From Antedon mediterranea (taxonomy: Eukaryota > Animalia > Echinodermata): a stretch of DNA of 64,000 nucleotides. The translations under genes and the position numbers were made by a program. The DNA lies in NCBI RefSeq assembly GCF_964355755.1, contig NC_092677.1, positions 4,920,101 through 4,984,100 on the forward strand. Direction: 5' to 3'. Below the pieces are notes generated by a model. The model saw only the letters and a list, made by a program, of their open reading frames with translations, searched no databases and was not told where the DNA came from. Shown one piece after another: positions 27,369-40,163 of this stretch (the first letter of the stretch is position 1; every line of letters starts with the position of its first letter).

Positions 27369-27639
27369 AAATTCTGAGAAGAGAATGTTGGGTGGGGGTG
27401 GAGATCATATTTTTTCTTTTTTGTGTTGTATTAACCACATAACATCAATGACAAATTTCAGTTGTTGAGAATATACATGTGACAAAAACTGCTTGACTTA
27501 TAACACAGATAATTAAAATAATATTGTTTATAGAGAAGCAAGTAGTTTAGACTCTTCAGTAAAATCTAGAATGTTGATTTTAATGTGTACTATAATACTA
27601 TTTTTAATCCAGTGACTTGCTTAATAATGTACTTGTCTA

Positions 27640-30016
27640 TGTTATGGTTCAGTGATTTTGTTTGATTTTTTGATAATGGAATAGCCCATGGGGAATGGGA
27701 ACCCTGCTGGACACCCAAGCCTAGAGAGCGGTATCCAAGGAGACATCTTTCTCTTTGGCCTGGGTGACTGGCAGGGAGAGGTGTGTTCTACTTGCTATAA
27801 AGCAAATAATAAGTCAAGTCAAGTCAAGTATCATAAATGCTAAAATGTATAAGTAAATTAAACTGCTATAAACTGAGCCTGTTTTGCTTGCCTGTTTTGC
27901 TTGCCTGTTTATATTCCAATAAATGTTTGTTGTGAGATCAAATCAAGACGATTTACCTGGTACAGTATCATTATTGTTGCACGTGTCAACCGCAATCCCA
28001 CACAAGTTAGGGAGGCTGGAGCCTTTTACAGTGGTGTCAGAAGTGGGATTGAACACAAGACAAGATAAAGGTAAAAAGTACGTTATTCAAGGAAGCAGCT
28101 CCAGTTTATGGAAGACCTTAGTTTATGGAAGAATATTATATACTATGGCTATGGAAAACGGAGAAGGTCCTTCTACACAGGAGATTTTACAAACAAATGC
28201 AATACAGCGATCATATTGTGTATTCAAATAATATATGTAATTGAATTCCGTTACATGCCCTGACTGGAAAGAAAACTAGAAATGCGGGGAAGGGAAACTA
28301 TACAACAAGCCCATCAAGTGGCAAAAGATAGCATTGAACGGAAACTAGGAAACTCGACACTGAAGCAAAATATACATAAGATGAGTCCACAACTGAGCGT
28401 TGGAGATCGTGTACTGTTGAAAAGGTGTGCTTTTGAAGGCAGACACAAGTTAGAAGACAAGTTTCATCACGATGCCTACATCATAGTTTGGGTTAACGAC
28501 GCTGGAGACGTTTACAAGATTCGGCCTCTCCTGGGTGGCCCAACAAGTACTGTAAATAGAAAACTCTTAATTGTTGATCCAAGGGAAGCAACAACTGAAG
28601 ACATTGTAGGAAGCGACTCAGATGAAGAAGATGATATGCCAACCTGGGTATTTACACATCATGACTTACCACAGCAGGATGCAATACACCAACCAGTAGG
28701 AACACAACTCAGACGATCATCAAGATCAACTAGAGGTTTTCATAGTAACCCTGAGAAATGGCCAAAGTCTACAGTTTCTCGCCATTAAGTGTTGACTTAC
28801 TTTATGAACTTGTATTTTACGTATGCACACCTTCTATTGTTTTGTGCTACTTTTCTGTAATTGTTAAACCATTTTAAGCTAAATAATCTATGATGATAAA
28901 GTGTTTAGTGTTCATCAATCTTTACTGCATAAGAGTTATTGTTATAATTATGTTACTATTGTTTACCTAATTGTTAATAGGTATTTAAGTTTATGAGTAC
29001 AGCATGTTATGGTGTCATAATATGGTATTTTGAAAATAATTAGGTACACACAGGTTCTTGTATCATGTAACATGAGATGTATTTATAGATGATTGAAAAG
29101 TTGATAATAATGGTTTAAAGTACCACAATCTCTGGAGCTTGTATTATATAATGTACTGATCTGTCACAGGGTAATGATTATAGGGTAACCTGTGAGTTGT
29201 AGTTATAGTTTTTGGGGTATGAAGCCGTATGGTGGCACCTATTGGATTGGTCATGCTCCTTGAGCTGTTAGTTGTGTTGGAAAGCAGTCTTATGGGTGAA
29301 CCTTTAGCAGTGGTCATGAGGTGCGATCAGAACTTTACTGATCGGGTGAGTGTCATGGTAACAAGGGCCATGATGGGTGGACTCGCATTGGAAATTCCTC
29401 ATACTTCTGCTATTGAGAGGGACCGTACTGGCTCCGTATTTAGTATCTTCACTTTAACAGTTGGCATGACATGATGGTTAGGAGTCCATTGCAGAATGTC
29501 TTAACGGGGAGTGGCATCCCAATGCTATTTCAACCAACAATCGGGTATCTAATAATCAGTATACTTTTATATTGCGACAGTGTGTCAGATTACAATACTT
29601 GGGGGCCAAGTATAGTCATCACGGGGAACATGTTATGGTTCAGTGATTTTGTTTGATTTTTTGATAATGGAATAGCCCATGGGGAATGGGAACCCTGCTG
29701 GACACCCAAGCCTAGAGAGCGGTATCCAAGGAGACATCTTTCTCTTTGGCCTGGGTGACTGGCAGGGAGAGGTGTGTTCTACTTGCTATAAAGCAAATAA
29801 TAAGTCAAGTCAAGTATCATAAATGCTAAAATGTATAAGTAAATTAAACTGCTATAAACTGAGCCTGTTTTGCTTGCCTGTTTTGCTTGCCTGTTTATAT
29901 TCCAATAAATGTTTGTTGTGAGATCAAATCAAGACGATTTACCTGGTACAGTATCATTATTGTTGCACGTGTCAACCGCAATCCCACACAAGTTAGGGAG
30001 GCTGGAGCCTTTTACA
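27640..30016 (+). mobile_element. Young non-autonomous Ty3/Gypsy LTR element with large internal deletion
   Basis: LTRs 27640-28030 and 29631-30016 (TG...CA, differ visibly only by one 5-bp repeat unit), TCTA TSD, tRNA-Leu PBS TGGTGTCAGAAGTGGGATT at 28032-28050, purine tract before the 3' LTR. Confidence 0.95.
28282..28788 (+). pseudogene. Integrase C-terminal remnant of the deleted LTR element
   Basis: LSVGDRVLLKR..GRHKLEDKF..YII..VYKIRP..VNRKLL..LRRSSRSTRG; no gag, RT or RNase H present. Confidence 0.8.
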
Positions 30017-30074
30017 TCTATGAGAGGTTAATGTACCATAATAATGTATTCATTCATTAGTTGTTATTAGTATA

Positions 30075-30250
30075 TTAATAATAATTATAGTAATAATAAT
30101 TATAGTAATAATAATTATAGTAATAATAATTATAGTAATAATAATTATAGTAATAATAATTATAGTAATAACAATTATAGTAATAACAATTATAGTAATA
30201 CTAATTATAGTAATAATAATTATATTAATAATAATTATAGTAATAATAAA
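30075..30250. repeat. 15-bp AT-rich minisatellite (ATAATAATTATAGTA)n
   Basis: About 11 tandem units visible. Confidence 0.9.
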
Positions 30251-32985
30251 TCACTAATACAAATTGTGTGCTTGAAATCAAAGAAAATGTTGAAAAAAAT
30301 TCTCTGTATGCATTATGAAATACTTGTTATTATGATGTAATATTTTTATAAATGTGAACAGTAAAGTAAAGTAAAGTCTACCTTTTTTTGGTTCTGATGA
30401 ATACTACAACATTTTAGTAAATAACTAATGTATACCGGGAACAGATTATTAGAAATGTCGCATTTATGTTAAACATTATAATTGTCCACAGTGAAATTCA
30501 GTCTGTTTGAATATGACCAAGTAAAGCCTAACATTGAAACATAGAAACTGTTTTTACCACCGCAAGGCTTTCGTCAAACACTTTTCATCATCACATATGA
30601 GTTTAAGGAATCTGTGTCTTTAATTGAATAGTATACTATAGGCCTACTGTACTTCATTTCATTTCGCATTAATAATACTATATTAATATACTATAGTCAT
30701 TGTCTGTTATTGTATTAGTTTATGTGCCCCAAAAGTAGTACACAATACTTTATGGTATGTCGGTACGATTTGCACAAAGCGAGCTTATTTTTGTTTATAT
30801 AAGGAAGTTGTCTCACTTCTACGCCAGCCAATATATTATTTGTAATACAGTAGTGCAGCGCGTTAATCGTGAAAAAAGAAAATTTCGTTGATTTTTAACG
30901 TTTTTTGTTGATGTTTACGTTTCGAGTTAATTTTACGTTTTGTTGCGTAGATTTTTAAGGTGTTTGTATCAAAATCGTTGATTTCACAGTTTACAACAGC
31001 TTCAACGTCCTGAAGGAATGTTTTACGTTGGTTTGTAGGCCTACAGTACTGTACACTAATGTATTGCTTATAAAATTGAACAAGAAATATGAATAATTAA
31101 CGACGAAATTGGATGTTCATTAAAGTTTTTCCATTTTTATATCAATATTTTTTTTATTTGCGGATTGTTATGTCAGATTTTTCCGGGGCTCATTTTCGGT
31201 TAGCTTTCGACATTTCGTTTACACATATGTTTCAGAAACAAAGAGTATATTATAATGGAAAGCTATTGATTTCTAAAAAACATTAGATGATATACTAATA
31301 AAATATCTGATACTGTTTATTACATTTAAACAACACACCCTTTTTTGCCATTTGTTACCTGTACAACAACACATACTTTTTCATACAGTTTATATTAAGA
31401 AAACAAGTATAGTTTTGTTTGCATAGTCGATCGTTTTCGGTGTGACTTTTCGTCGTTTGTTTCGTTTATTTGACCAGTATCAACATAATGCAATACCGTA
31501 CAATATAACATAAAAAGGCCGGACACAAGCAGCTTTTCAAATTAGCCAGATGGGCCTATAAGTAGGTTAATCAATCAGTAACATTTTAATAAATTGCAAT
31601 AATAGTTTCATGTGTCTACACATTTTATTAACAAAGTACAATTAAGCATGTAAGATGCGAGAGAAAGTTTAAAGTTACTATCTACTCTACTTTCTATTAT
31701 TTTACAATTTTCTAATCTTCCTCAACTTGTTTATGTTGCAGCAGTAACGTAATTGCTATCAAAATACTATAACAAAGCACCGTATTTGTCACAGAATTAT
31801 AAACCGCGCTGAAACCTCGGTAACTTGTAAGCAGCGTTCATCACTGTTTTACAGTATTTCAAATGCTATTGGTTGTTATATGTATTAACAACGAACTTTT
31901 AAATGAGTCGTCTGTACGACACAGAGTAGACCTCGTATCTTGTATCATCATTAAGGTACGATAAACAAAACAATTATTGTTTTCATTTGCATAAGATGTT
32001 TTCAGTGTGACTTTCTATACAGTTTGCAGTATACTTTCTATTTCTACTTTCTATTATTTTACATTTACATAAGTTGTTTTAAACTTTATCAATTAACAGA
32101 TCTTCATTTGAAAATTTGTTCTCATTAACTAACTACTTGTAAAAATAATGCAGTAATTATCGATAATAATCAGTCTGTTCGAAATAAACATAGGCCTAAC
32201 AGATAAGATGGTATCTCTCACCTCTTCCAAATTACAAATTTCTATGTGTACCAACCATACTTAATCATGGTTATCTTATCTTATCTTAGGCCCTAATTTT
32301 ACTATTCATTACTTTATAACTTAAACACTAATTCGGGATGAACGTTTAGTCGTATAACTGTTTACTATAATGTGGTTCTGCAACCTTTTCTTTCTGTGAC
32401 GTAATACAATCACGAGGCTCTTCATAAATGACCTCTTGACTTAAAGAAATAGGACTTTCAGGAGTTTGACATTCGATTTCAATCTCTTTTCTTTCCTAAA
32501 AAAACAAACAATAGCAATAATAATTGATTGTTTCTATTGAATATATTTTAACAAAATATTGTTAATGATGTGTTAAAATGTTATCAATGTATGTGCCATG
32601 TCGTAGAAAAGATGGTTTATTAGTCACTAACAAATTCATGGTACTTAAAAACAAGTTTCGATTGCTTATGATATAAGTAAATGTACTGGGTATATTTATT
32701 AATGTCAACAGAATCTTTCCTACACTGAACGTTATTTTTTGTTAAGCTTAATTCCCTCTTGCATGCAACGTGTTGTTTTTTCCCGCTGTTCACTCCGTCA
32801 AATCGAAAAAAACTTCGGTGTAAGAGTACAACCATAGAGGAAATTATACAATAGAATATTGGAAAATTATGATTTCAGTCTCCCATTGATTCTGTTTTGT
32901 TGGAATACTTCAACAGCGTCAAACCACAGAGTTGTCAAAATTAATTGTAAATCTGTTCAGTATTAATGTATTTAGGTTTTTTTAC

Positions 32986-35900
32986 CTGTGTTCTTGTTCT
33001 AAATTGCCCTCTGTTGATTTTGCTGTAAACGTCAACATTGGATTGAGTTTTCACTTGGCATTGAAGATTTTGATATTTTGAATGGACTTCTCTTAATCGT
33101 CTTTGCTAAAGAAACAATTTCAATAAAAAGTTTGTTTGTTCGTTGGGTGCTTAAAGGAATGTTTATTCATCATCTTGACTTAAAACTGTAAACAAAAAGT
33201 ACTTACAGCAATATAACATGTAAGAACAGAACCAAGAATGAATGCAATGATGATAGCCACAGTTAGTAGGCCCACTGTACCCATTTGAAACGAATCATCT
33301 ACTGTAGAAAAGATTTAACCGTTTGTTCGGTTGTGAAATCATTGAAAATATTATCTTCAATACTGGGCTAAAAATGGTGAATGATTAAGTGGAAATGTAT
33401 AATTCAAACACTAAACTATTACTTGGTAAATACAGTATGGTGACTTACCTTTCAAATTGTCTGTAGGCCCATCTGTAGGCCTACCTGCTTTGGGCCTACA
33501 GTTCTCAAGTGATGTAGAGGCATTAAGTTTTTCATTCTCTGCATAACATGTAAGATTTGATTGACATATCTCATCAGTAATTTCTATAATTGCTGTACAT
33601 TCTCCTTTCTTAACCATTTCTCCATCTTGTAATATCAATACTGATGATGGCTTGGGATGGCCCTCTGCTGTACATGTTGCAAAACAATCTTCAGGTTTGA
33701 ATGTTGCGATAATATCTATTGAGAGAAGATAAGGCTTAAAGCTTAAGAAGATTTAGAAATATTGTTTTGAATCGATATGGGCCTAACAGCAAGACAAATT
33801 ACGCTTGTTATTACAGATTCAGTTCATCACACGTTTATTTAGTTATGAATGTAACTGGGTCCCAAGCAGAAAAAATAATAAGGATTTTCAAAATTTTAAT
33901 ATTTAGAATATAGATACAGAAATTTTATTTTTAGAAGAAAACAAAACAGTGGAACATTTTCTAATTTTTGTATTGCCTCATATATTTAATAGTAGGCTAT
34001 ATATATATATAATTTTCTACATACAAAATATTTCCAACTGTTTTCCGGCACTGGTTTTAGCATCAACTCCCTTAAACTGATCACTCTCGGCTTTACATGT
34101 ATATATACCACTGTCTTCCATAGTGGCTGCTTCAATATTAAGGACATTTCCTTTGGTATTTATCTTCTTTCCATCTTTATACCAAGTAATGTAAGGAATA
34201 GGATCACCATTAGGTTTACTACAGGTAAATGTGACTATTTCACCTCCATAGGCAGTGCTTGCTGAGGCATTAAGACGTGGTTGATCCATGTCTGAGAAAA
34301 ACAATACAAAAAACAACGAAAATAATGGTATAAAAATAAAACAATTTACAAATGGAAGAATGAAAGACATTTATAGAGTAGACCTAGTATTAATGAGGCA
34401 TTAAGACGTGGCTGATCCAAGTCTGAGAAAAAGTATAAAACAAATTAGACAGCAGACAAATAAACATGTAGTCAACACAAATTACAACAAAAAGAAGTGT
34501 ATATAGTATTATGCCTATTGATACTCAAGAAAATGTAACTCTAATTCCGGAGTTATACTATTGGCGTGACGTGGGAACATTTAAAATTATAGGCCTACTA
34601 TTTAGTAAACAATTATAAGGACTAGATGGTACGGTACGCTCGCTTCGCTCGCGTACCATCTAGGTAATGCCCACAGATGGTTCTCGAATACATAATAATT
34701 TCAGCGTTAAAAAACTGGCGATTTCACTGATGTACGTACCGCAGGACAATAATACATGTCGTTTACAGGAAAGAATAAATAGACACTGATTTATGTACTG
34801 AACTAAAATTAGCACCCTGGGAATTATTTCCGAAAGAGAAACTTGTCACAAAATGAGACCAATTGTTTAAGTCAAATTTAAACAAACTTAATTTGTGTTT
34901 TGTATGTAACATTATAGGGTTGAGGGGTGGGAAAGAGGATGGGTGCAAAGAGGAACAATTTTTAAATATATTCTTTATCCATGTAGTAACGAAATATTAA
35001 TTGTTTTCATGTTTTACAAATAATATACCACTAAACACAGTAAAACATTGCGATGTAATACTTTGTTGAAACTATCACCGTCCTAGTCGATTGAAATAGT
35101 ACAGTACATGTAACGATACATCACTACCACGTGTATATGTTTAGGCCTATATAATGTAGAACAATTTGTGAAAACCACTTCTATTAGGGGCAAACCATAA
35201 ATTCGATTTAATCGTCAATAAATATTAAATTATTGAACTCAACTTAATTAGTAGGTCTAATGGTTTTCAATTGTTTCTTAGAGCCAATTCATACTTAAGT
35301 TGGTTCCTACCCTACCCACCAAAGTTGTTCTGCGTTTAGGGCATGTGATGCACCGTAGGCCTATCCTCTACTGGCTTTACAACGCTACTCATGCCAGTGA
35401 GGGAAGGGTGATGATGTGGGTGGTTTAACTGCAATAATAAAGATGTGTACATAATATACGGCGACTGAAAACGCTAGCTCATTATCCGTTAAAAAAAATA
35501 CCAACCATGGAACTATAATATAAGATATATATATATATATATATTATAGTTCCATGATCCAACCTCTGCAGCACAGATTGAAAAAAAAATGAATCGAATT
35601 TCTGTTATGAGTATACAGTACTTGCCTTTACGACGCCTGAGGGAATAGACACTTGTGGAATAGAGATTGGAATGTTCCATTCATTTCAAATCAATACATT
35701 TGTATAAACGTATATTAAATCTATCAAAATAGTAGTTTTTCAACATTATGATGCTGTACTCGAGCTGTTCGACCGGTTTTCAGCCATTAAAAACAATTAT
35801 CGTAGGAGGAGATAGGAAAATGCGGAGCATCCTCGTATTATTGTCTGCGGGTATTTTTCAAGATGGACATGCATTAGACAGTGTATACACGATCGGAAAA

Positions 35901-36818
35901 CACCCCTATTTGGGGCAAATCGTTGAACCTAAATTCGTTTTAATCGTCAATAACTAATTATCGAACTCAATTTAATTAGTAAACAGGGTTACATCAGGTT
36001 GTTAAAATCAGTACCGAAAGTACGAACCAACTTTATATACCATCGAGTAAACATTCTAGAAATTACGCGCGATTTACCGAATTTTGCCCTTACGTAAATT
36101 TATATATAGATGTCGGTTTATGATGGGTTTTTTTTTCAGGCTACAGTACATCATGATTATCTGTTATACTCACAATATACAGTTAGCATAGATGGACTTA
36201 ATAATTTAATCAATCCATCTGCGATTTGTATCTGGCATCTAAATCTTCTCTGAGAATCGTTTCTTAAAGGATGTAAGATCACCAGGCTAGCTTCACCAGG
36301 AGCAGTGTGTAACCGGAAACGTGCATTTTCCATCTTTTTATCATTCACAATTCCTGGGTTGATCGTTACTTCATCTTCATTTAGTTCATCCCATTGTAGT
36401 GAAGTAGGAGTAGAAGTAAATTGTGAATAATCACAAGTTATCACCACTTCAGCGTCGCCTTCTTTAGCTGTCTGGTTAAAGGTCGTTTGACCATGTGCTT
36501 AAAATATTAAAAATATCCTATTGTTTACATTTAACCATTTTACTGTTGATAATTCAATATTTAACTGCCGCAAACTAAAAAAAAATATTTTCTATACTAT
36601 ACATACAAACAAGTAAAAAGAATAAAACTGCTTTCAACCTACTGTTTTTAGTTTTACGCGTTTGTAATCTGGTTATATAAAACTATTTCAATATTAACTG
36701 GCTGACTAAAAATTGTATTTGTCGTTTAGTTGTTGATTATCATATTTAGTTATATTTTAATTATCTTACCGAATAAAGATTGTAGATATACAATAAATAA
36801 AATTCGCTTCAACCCCAT
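32986..36818 (-). CDS. IgSF type-I membrane receptor gene C with paired-tyrosine cytoplasmic tail; last exon or stop not resolved
   Basis: Exons 36818-36770 (MGLKRILFIVYLQSLF), 36497-36174 (V), 34291-34025, 33715-33449, 33301 or 33298-33207 (TM VGLLTVAIIIAFILGSVLTCYIA), 33105-32986 (QRRLREVHSKYQNLQCQVKTQSNVDVYSKINRGQFRTRTQ); phases consistent. Confidence 0.85.
34622..36110 (-). mobile_element. Non-autonomous Helitron, copy 2, in a gene C intron
   Basis: Same termini and internal sequence as 14067-15503; extra hairpin/(TA)n insert near 35505-35557. Confidence 0.85.
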
Positions 36819-39102
36819 CTGGAAAAAAATGGATAAAAATATCTTTTTATTAAGATTGGCTTACAGCATGGAGGAAATCTATTTTTCCTCCATGAATATA
36901 TAAAGTTGATATTATATATAATGAAATCCAAGTCGTAAATAATCGTTAACAACGAACAAAACAGAAGGATAGTATATTTTAAAAGAATAAAAGCTATTAT
37001 ACAGACACGCTTGTTCGTTACACGGAACCGGAGACGGTGCCGTTGCATTCTGTATATAAAAGTGACGGCACCGTCTTCCGTTCCGTGAAACGGATCATGT
37101 GTGAATTTAGCTTTTTCTATGCCCAACATAAATACAAGTTCTAGGCCTATATCTCTCTTTTTCTTCGATATCTGTAATCAGTATTATGAGTTTTGTTTTC
37201 ACAATTATCGTCGCCGCCGCCGGCTCGTTTCATTTAGTTATCTTTATTATCATAATAGTTATTTCAAGATCAATGACAACATTGTCGCATTATATTAATT
37301 TTCAATCTCTCCTTCGTCTTCTTTTTTTATTTATATTTAGTTATGGTTAAGCTACTTACCTTTGTCTTCTCTGGAAAAAATTGTGTGTCTGTGTCGGTTA
37401 TTAGTAGGCCCTATAATTCGTTATTATTTTAAATAAAATTGTACTTTTTTGTTTCATTTTCGATCGCATTCAAGGACGTAATCAACCATGACATTGATAT
37501 TTAAACTGATGATTGGTTGATTAATTTATAATATAAACCTTTATTTTATATTATCAATTATATATGTTTGTTCTATCACTCTCGTCTTATTCTTTTATAC
37601 GATCACAATAATCGTATTTTAGAGAGTGGCTCAGAGGATGCACGTGGGCATAACTACTGTGTAGGCCTATAATTCCCGTTCGATGAAATGCTTATACAAA
37701 ATATCATCTTCAGAAAATATTGTACATCTTCATAGCGAATACCGTTATGAAGTTAAAGTTAAAGATGTATTGTCTCCCTGGAAAAATAATTCTTTATGTT
37801 AACATATTTTTTTCTTGAAATATGCCATAATTCTAATGTTCCATAATTCAATTTGACCAAAAATTGGATCGGAAAAACAATCAATCAACCTGTTATTTAA
37901 AGCAAGAAAGTAGTGAAATTGGCTGCCAGCCAATAATGGGTTTTTGATTGAATTTAACCGTTTGTCAGCATGTCGGGTCTTATAAGTGAAAACATTTTGT
38001 TTTCGTTTTTCCCTGCCGGTAAGTATAATTAATTATTATTTATTAAAACTACAAAATGGCCTATTCAAAATTTGATTTTATTAATCTTATTTTTTTCATG
38101 TTTTTGGGGGACTATACATCTTATTTATTATACACTGTATATGCTAAAAAATATAAAAAACAAGAGTAACATAATTACCCTTTTTGTCACTTCGGGCGTT
38201 CCATAACATTTTATTTTTGAAGTACAGGGATGTTTAAAAGCAATGGGGGGTGTCACGCCAAATGAGGTACCACTGCCAAATGAGGTACCGCACTTAATTT
38301 GGCGTCTAAGGCGCCAAATTAGGTACTATTGCAAAATGAAGTTCTATTGTAATTTTGTAAAATACAGTTTATATAAAACAAGCATTATTTAAGCCAGTAT
38401 TAAACTACAATATGTATTCTGTGTTGTTACGCCTGTTATTAGATCAAGCTATTACATTAAATTAAATATAAAGCAGAAAATAGTTATCCTTTTTTGATTT
38501 TCGTCGAATAGATCGAAGCGGAAGTGCTTCGGTCATGGTCCGCAAATTATATGATACGCCTTGTGTACCAAAATGTTTTTACTGCTTTTAGTTGAATCAC
38601 CGCGTGTACAGTTAAAACCAATAGATTGTGCTGCAGTGCAGATTGTCTGTATAGTAATGTGGGCTGTGTGCTTCCTTGGGGGTCTGTCTATCAAGGTACA
38701 ACATTTCGACGAAGCCATTTAATATTTTCATTTTGTTTTAATATCTGTAGAATGCGTCGTCATTTATTCTGAAGCTAATACTGTAGGCCTACCGTAATCG
38801 GGCGGTATTATTAAGGCTAGCTCACGTACAGCAGAATTCACACGTAGAATTATGTGGTGTTGCTTGATTGTAAATTGCCCAGATTCTTCATTAGGAAAGA
38901 ACTGATCAATTTGAATTCAATGAAGGTTAATTCTAGAACTGATATTTAAGGAGTCTTTAGAACAGATTAAGATGTCCTCTATAAACGGAGTCCTCACAAA
39001 CTCATATAAGAGGTCCTCTTGTAAAATCAGGTTCCCGTCGAATTTATTTTAGATAATTAACTAAATTATCATAGATTTCGTACCCACCATTCCATCGATA
39101 GC

Positions 39103-39491
39103 TTTTTTTTTCTCTTTTGTGGCGCAAACACCACTTTTATCCACATTCATATACTGTATTATCATGTCATTACATAAAATTATATTATTTAACACATTTG
39201 TTAATTCCCAATTCATCAGTAACATTTTTACATTTATGAATTCCGTATTGCCTCCTATTTTCATTAATGTTCTTCGTTTTAAAATATTTTACACATAAAG
39301 AATTTGTGAGATTTTCAATTGTTTGTTTTAATTTTACAACCCGGATTATACAATGTATTTATATACAAGATAAAATGAATTAAATCAGATCAGCACCACC
39401 TGTAACTCGTATCATCACAGTGAATTCCTTTTCTGATAATCGAGCAAATTAGAATTTATATTAACATAATAGTATTTCTTAAAGCTACCCA
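39103..39491 (-). repeat. Second copy of the dispersed repeat at 1-407
   Basis: Reverse-complement similarity along its whole length. Confidence 0.65.
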
Positions 39492-40163
39492 TTTTTCTTT
39501 ATTGTTATATCTTTCACATTCAATGTTATGCATATTGCTTCCTTTTGAATGAATTCCATAAAGATTTACCCACTGGCTTATTTAATGCTGATTTATTCTA
39601 TAAATAGTGAAGGCTGCAAATGTGTAAATATAGGCCTAATCTACTATATTCCATCGATATAGCTAATTAAATTACTGTATGTCAATAAATAAAGAATATT
39701 AACTTACAGTAGCATCCCACTCTCATCACCCCACAAAGTATAAAAGTGCATGCATGTTCCATATTATGTACGACGTATGAATTGATGGAACGAACAATCG
39801 AGATGAAAATAACGCATGCAATCTCCATTGCAAAATTAGGTTCCATTTACGTATAAATTCTAATATTCCCGACCTCAAAATAATTAGTGTTATAACTACG
39901 GTATCTGCATTTAGCTTCCTAAAATTTCGTCCACCCCTCCGAACATGTTTTCAACATCGTATGAACAAACAAGGTGACCGATTTTTTAGGTTCCATTGCA
40001 TTATTGCGAATTTAAGGTTGTTTCCAACTTCGAAGTAATACTTACTTAGAATTTCGCTCACCACCCCATTCCCATCCAAACTTGTTTCCCACATCGTAAT
40101 ATGAACAAACGAGATGACGACTTTATTGCAAAATTACGTTCAATTAATTGCGAATTCACGTTG

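Noticed and set aside
29229-29656. ORFs in the interior of the deleted LTR element as env or a captured gene
   Set aside because: No recognisable motifs; one runs into the LTR
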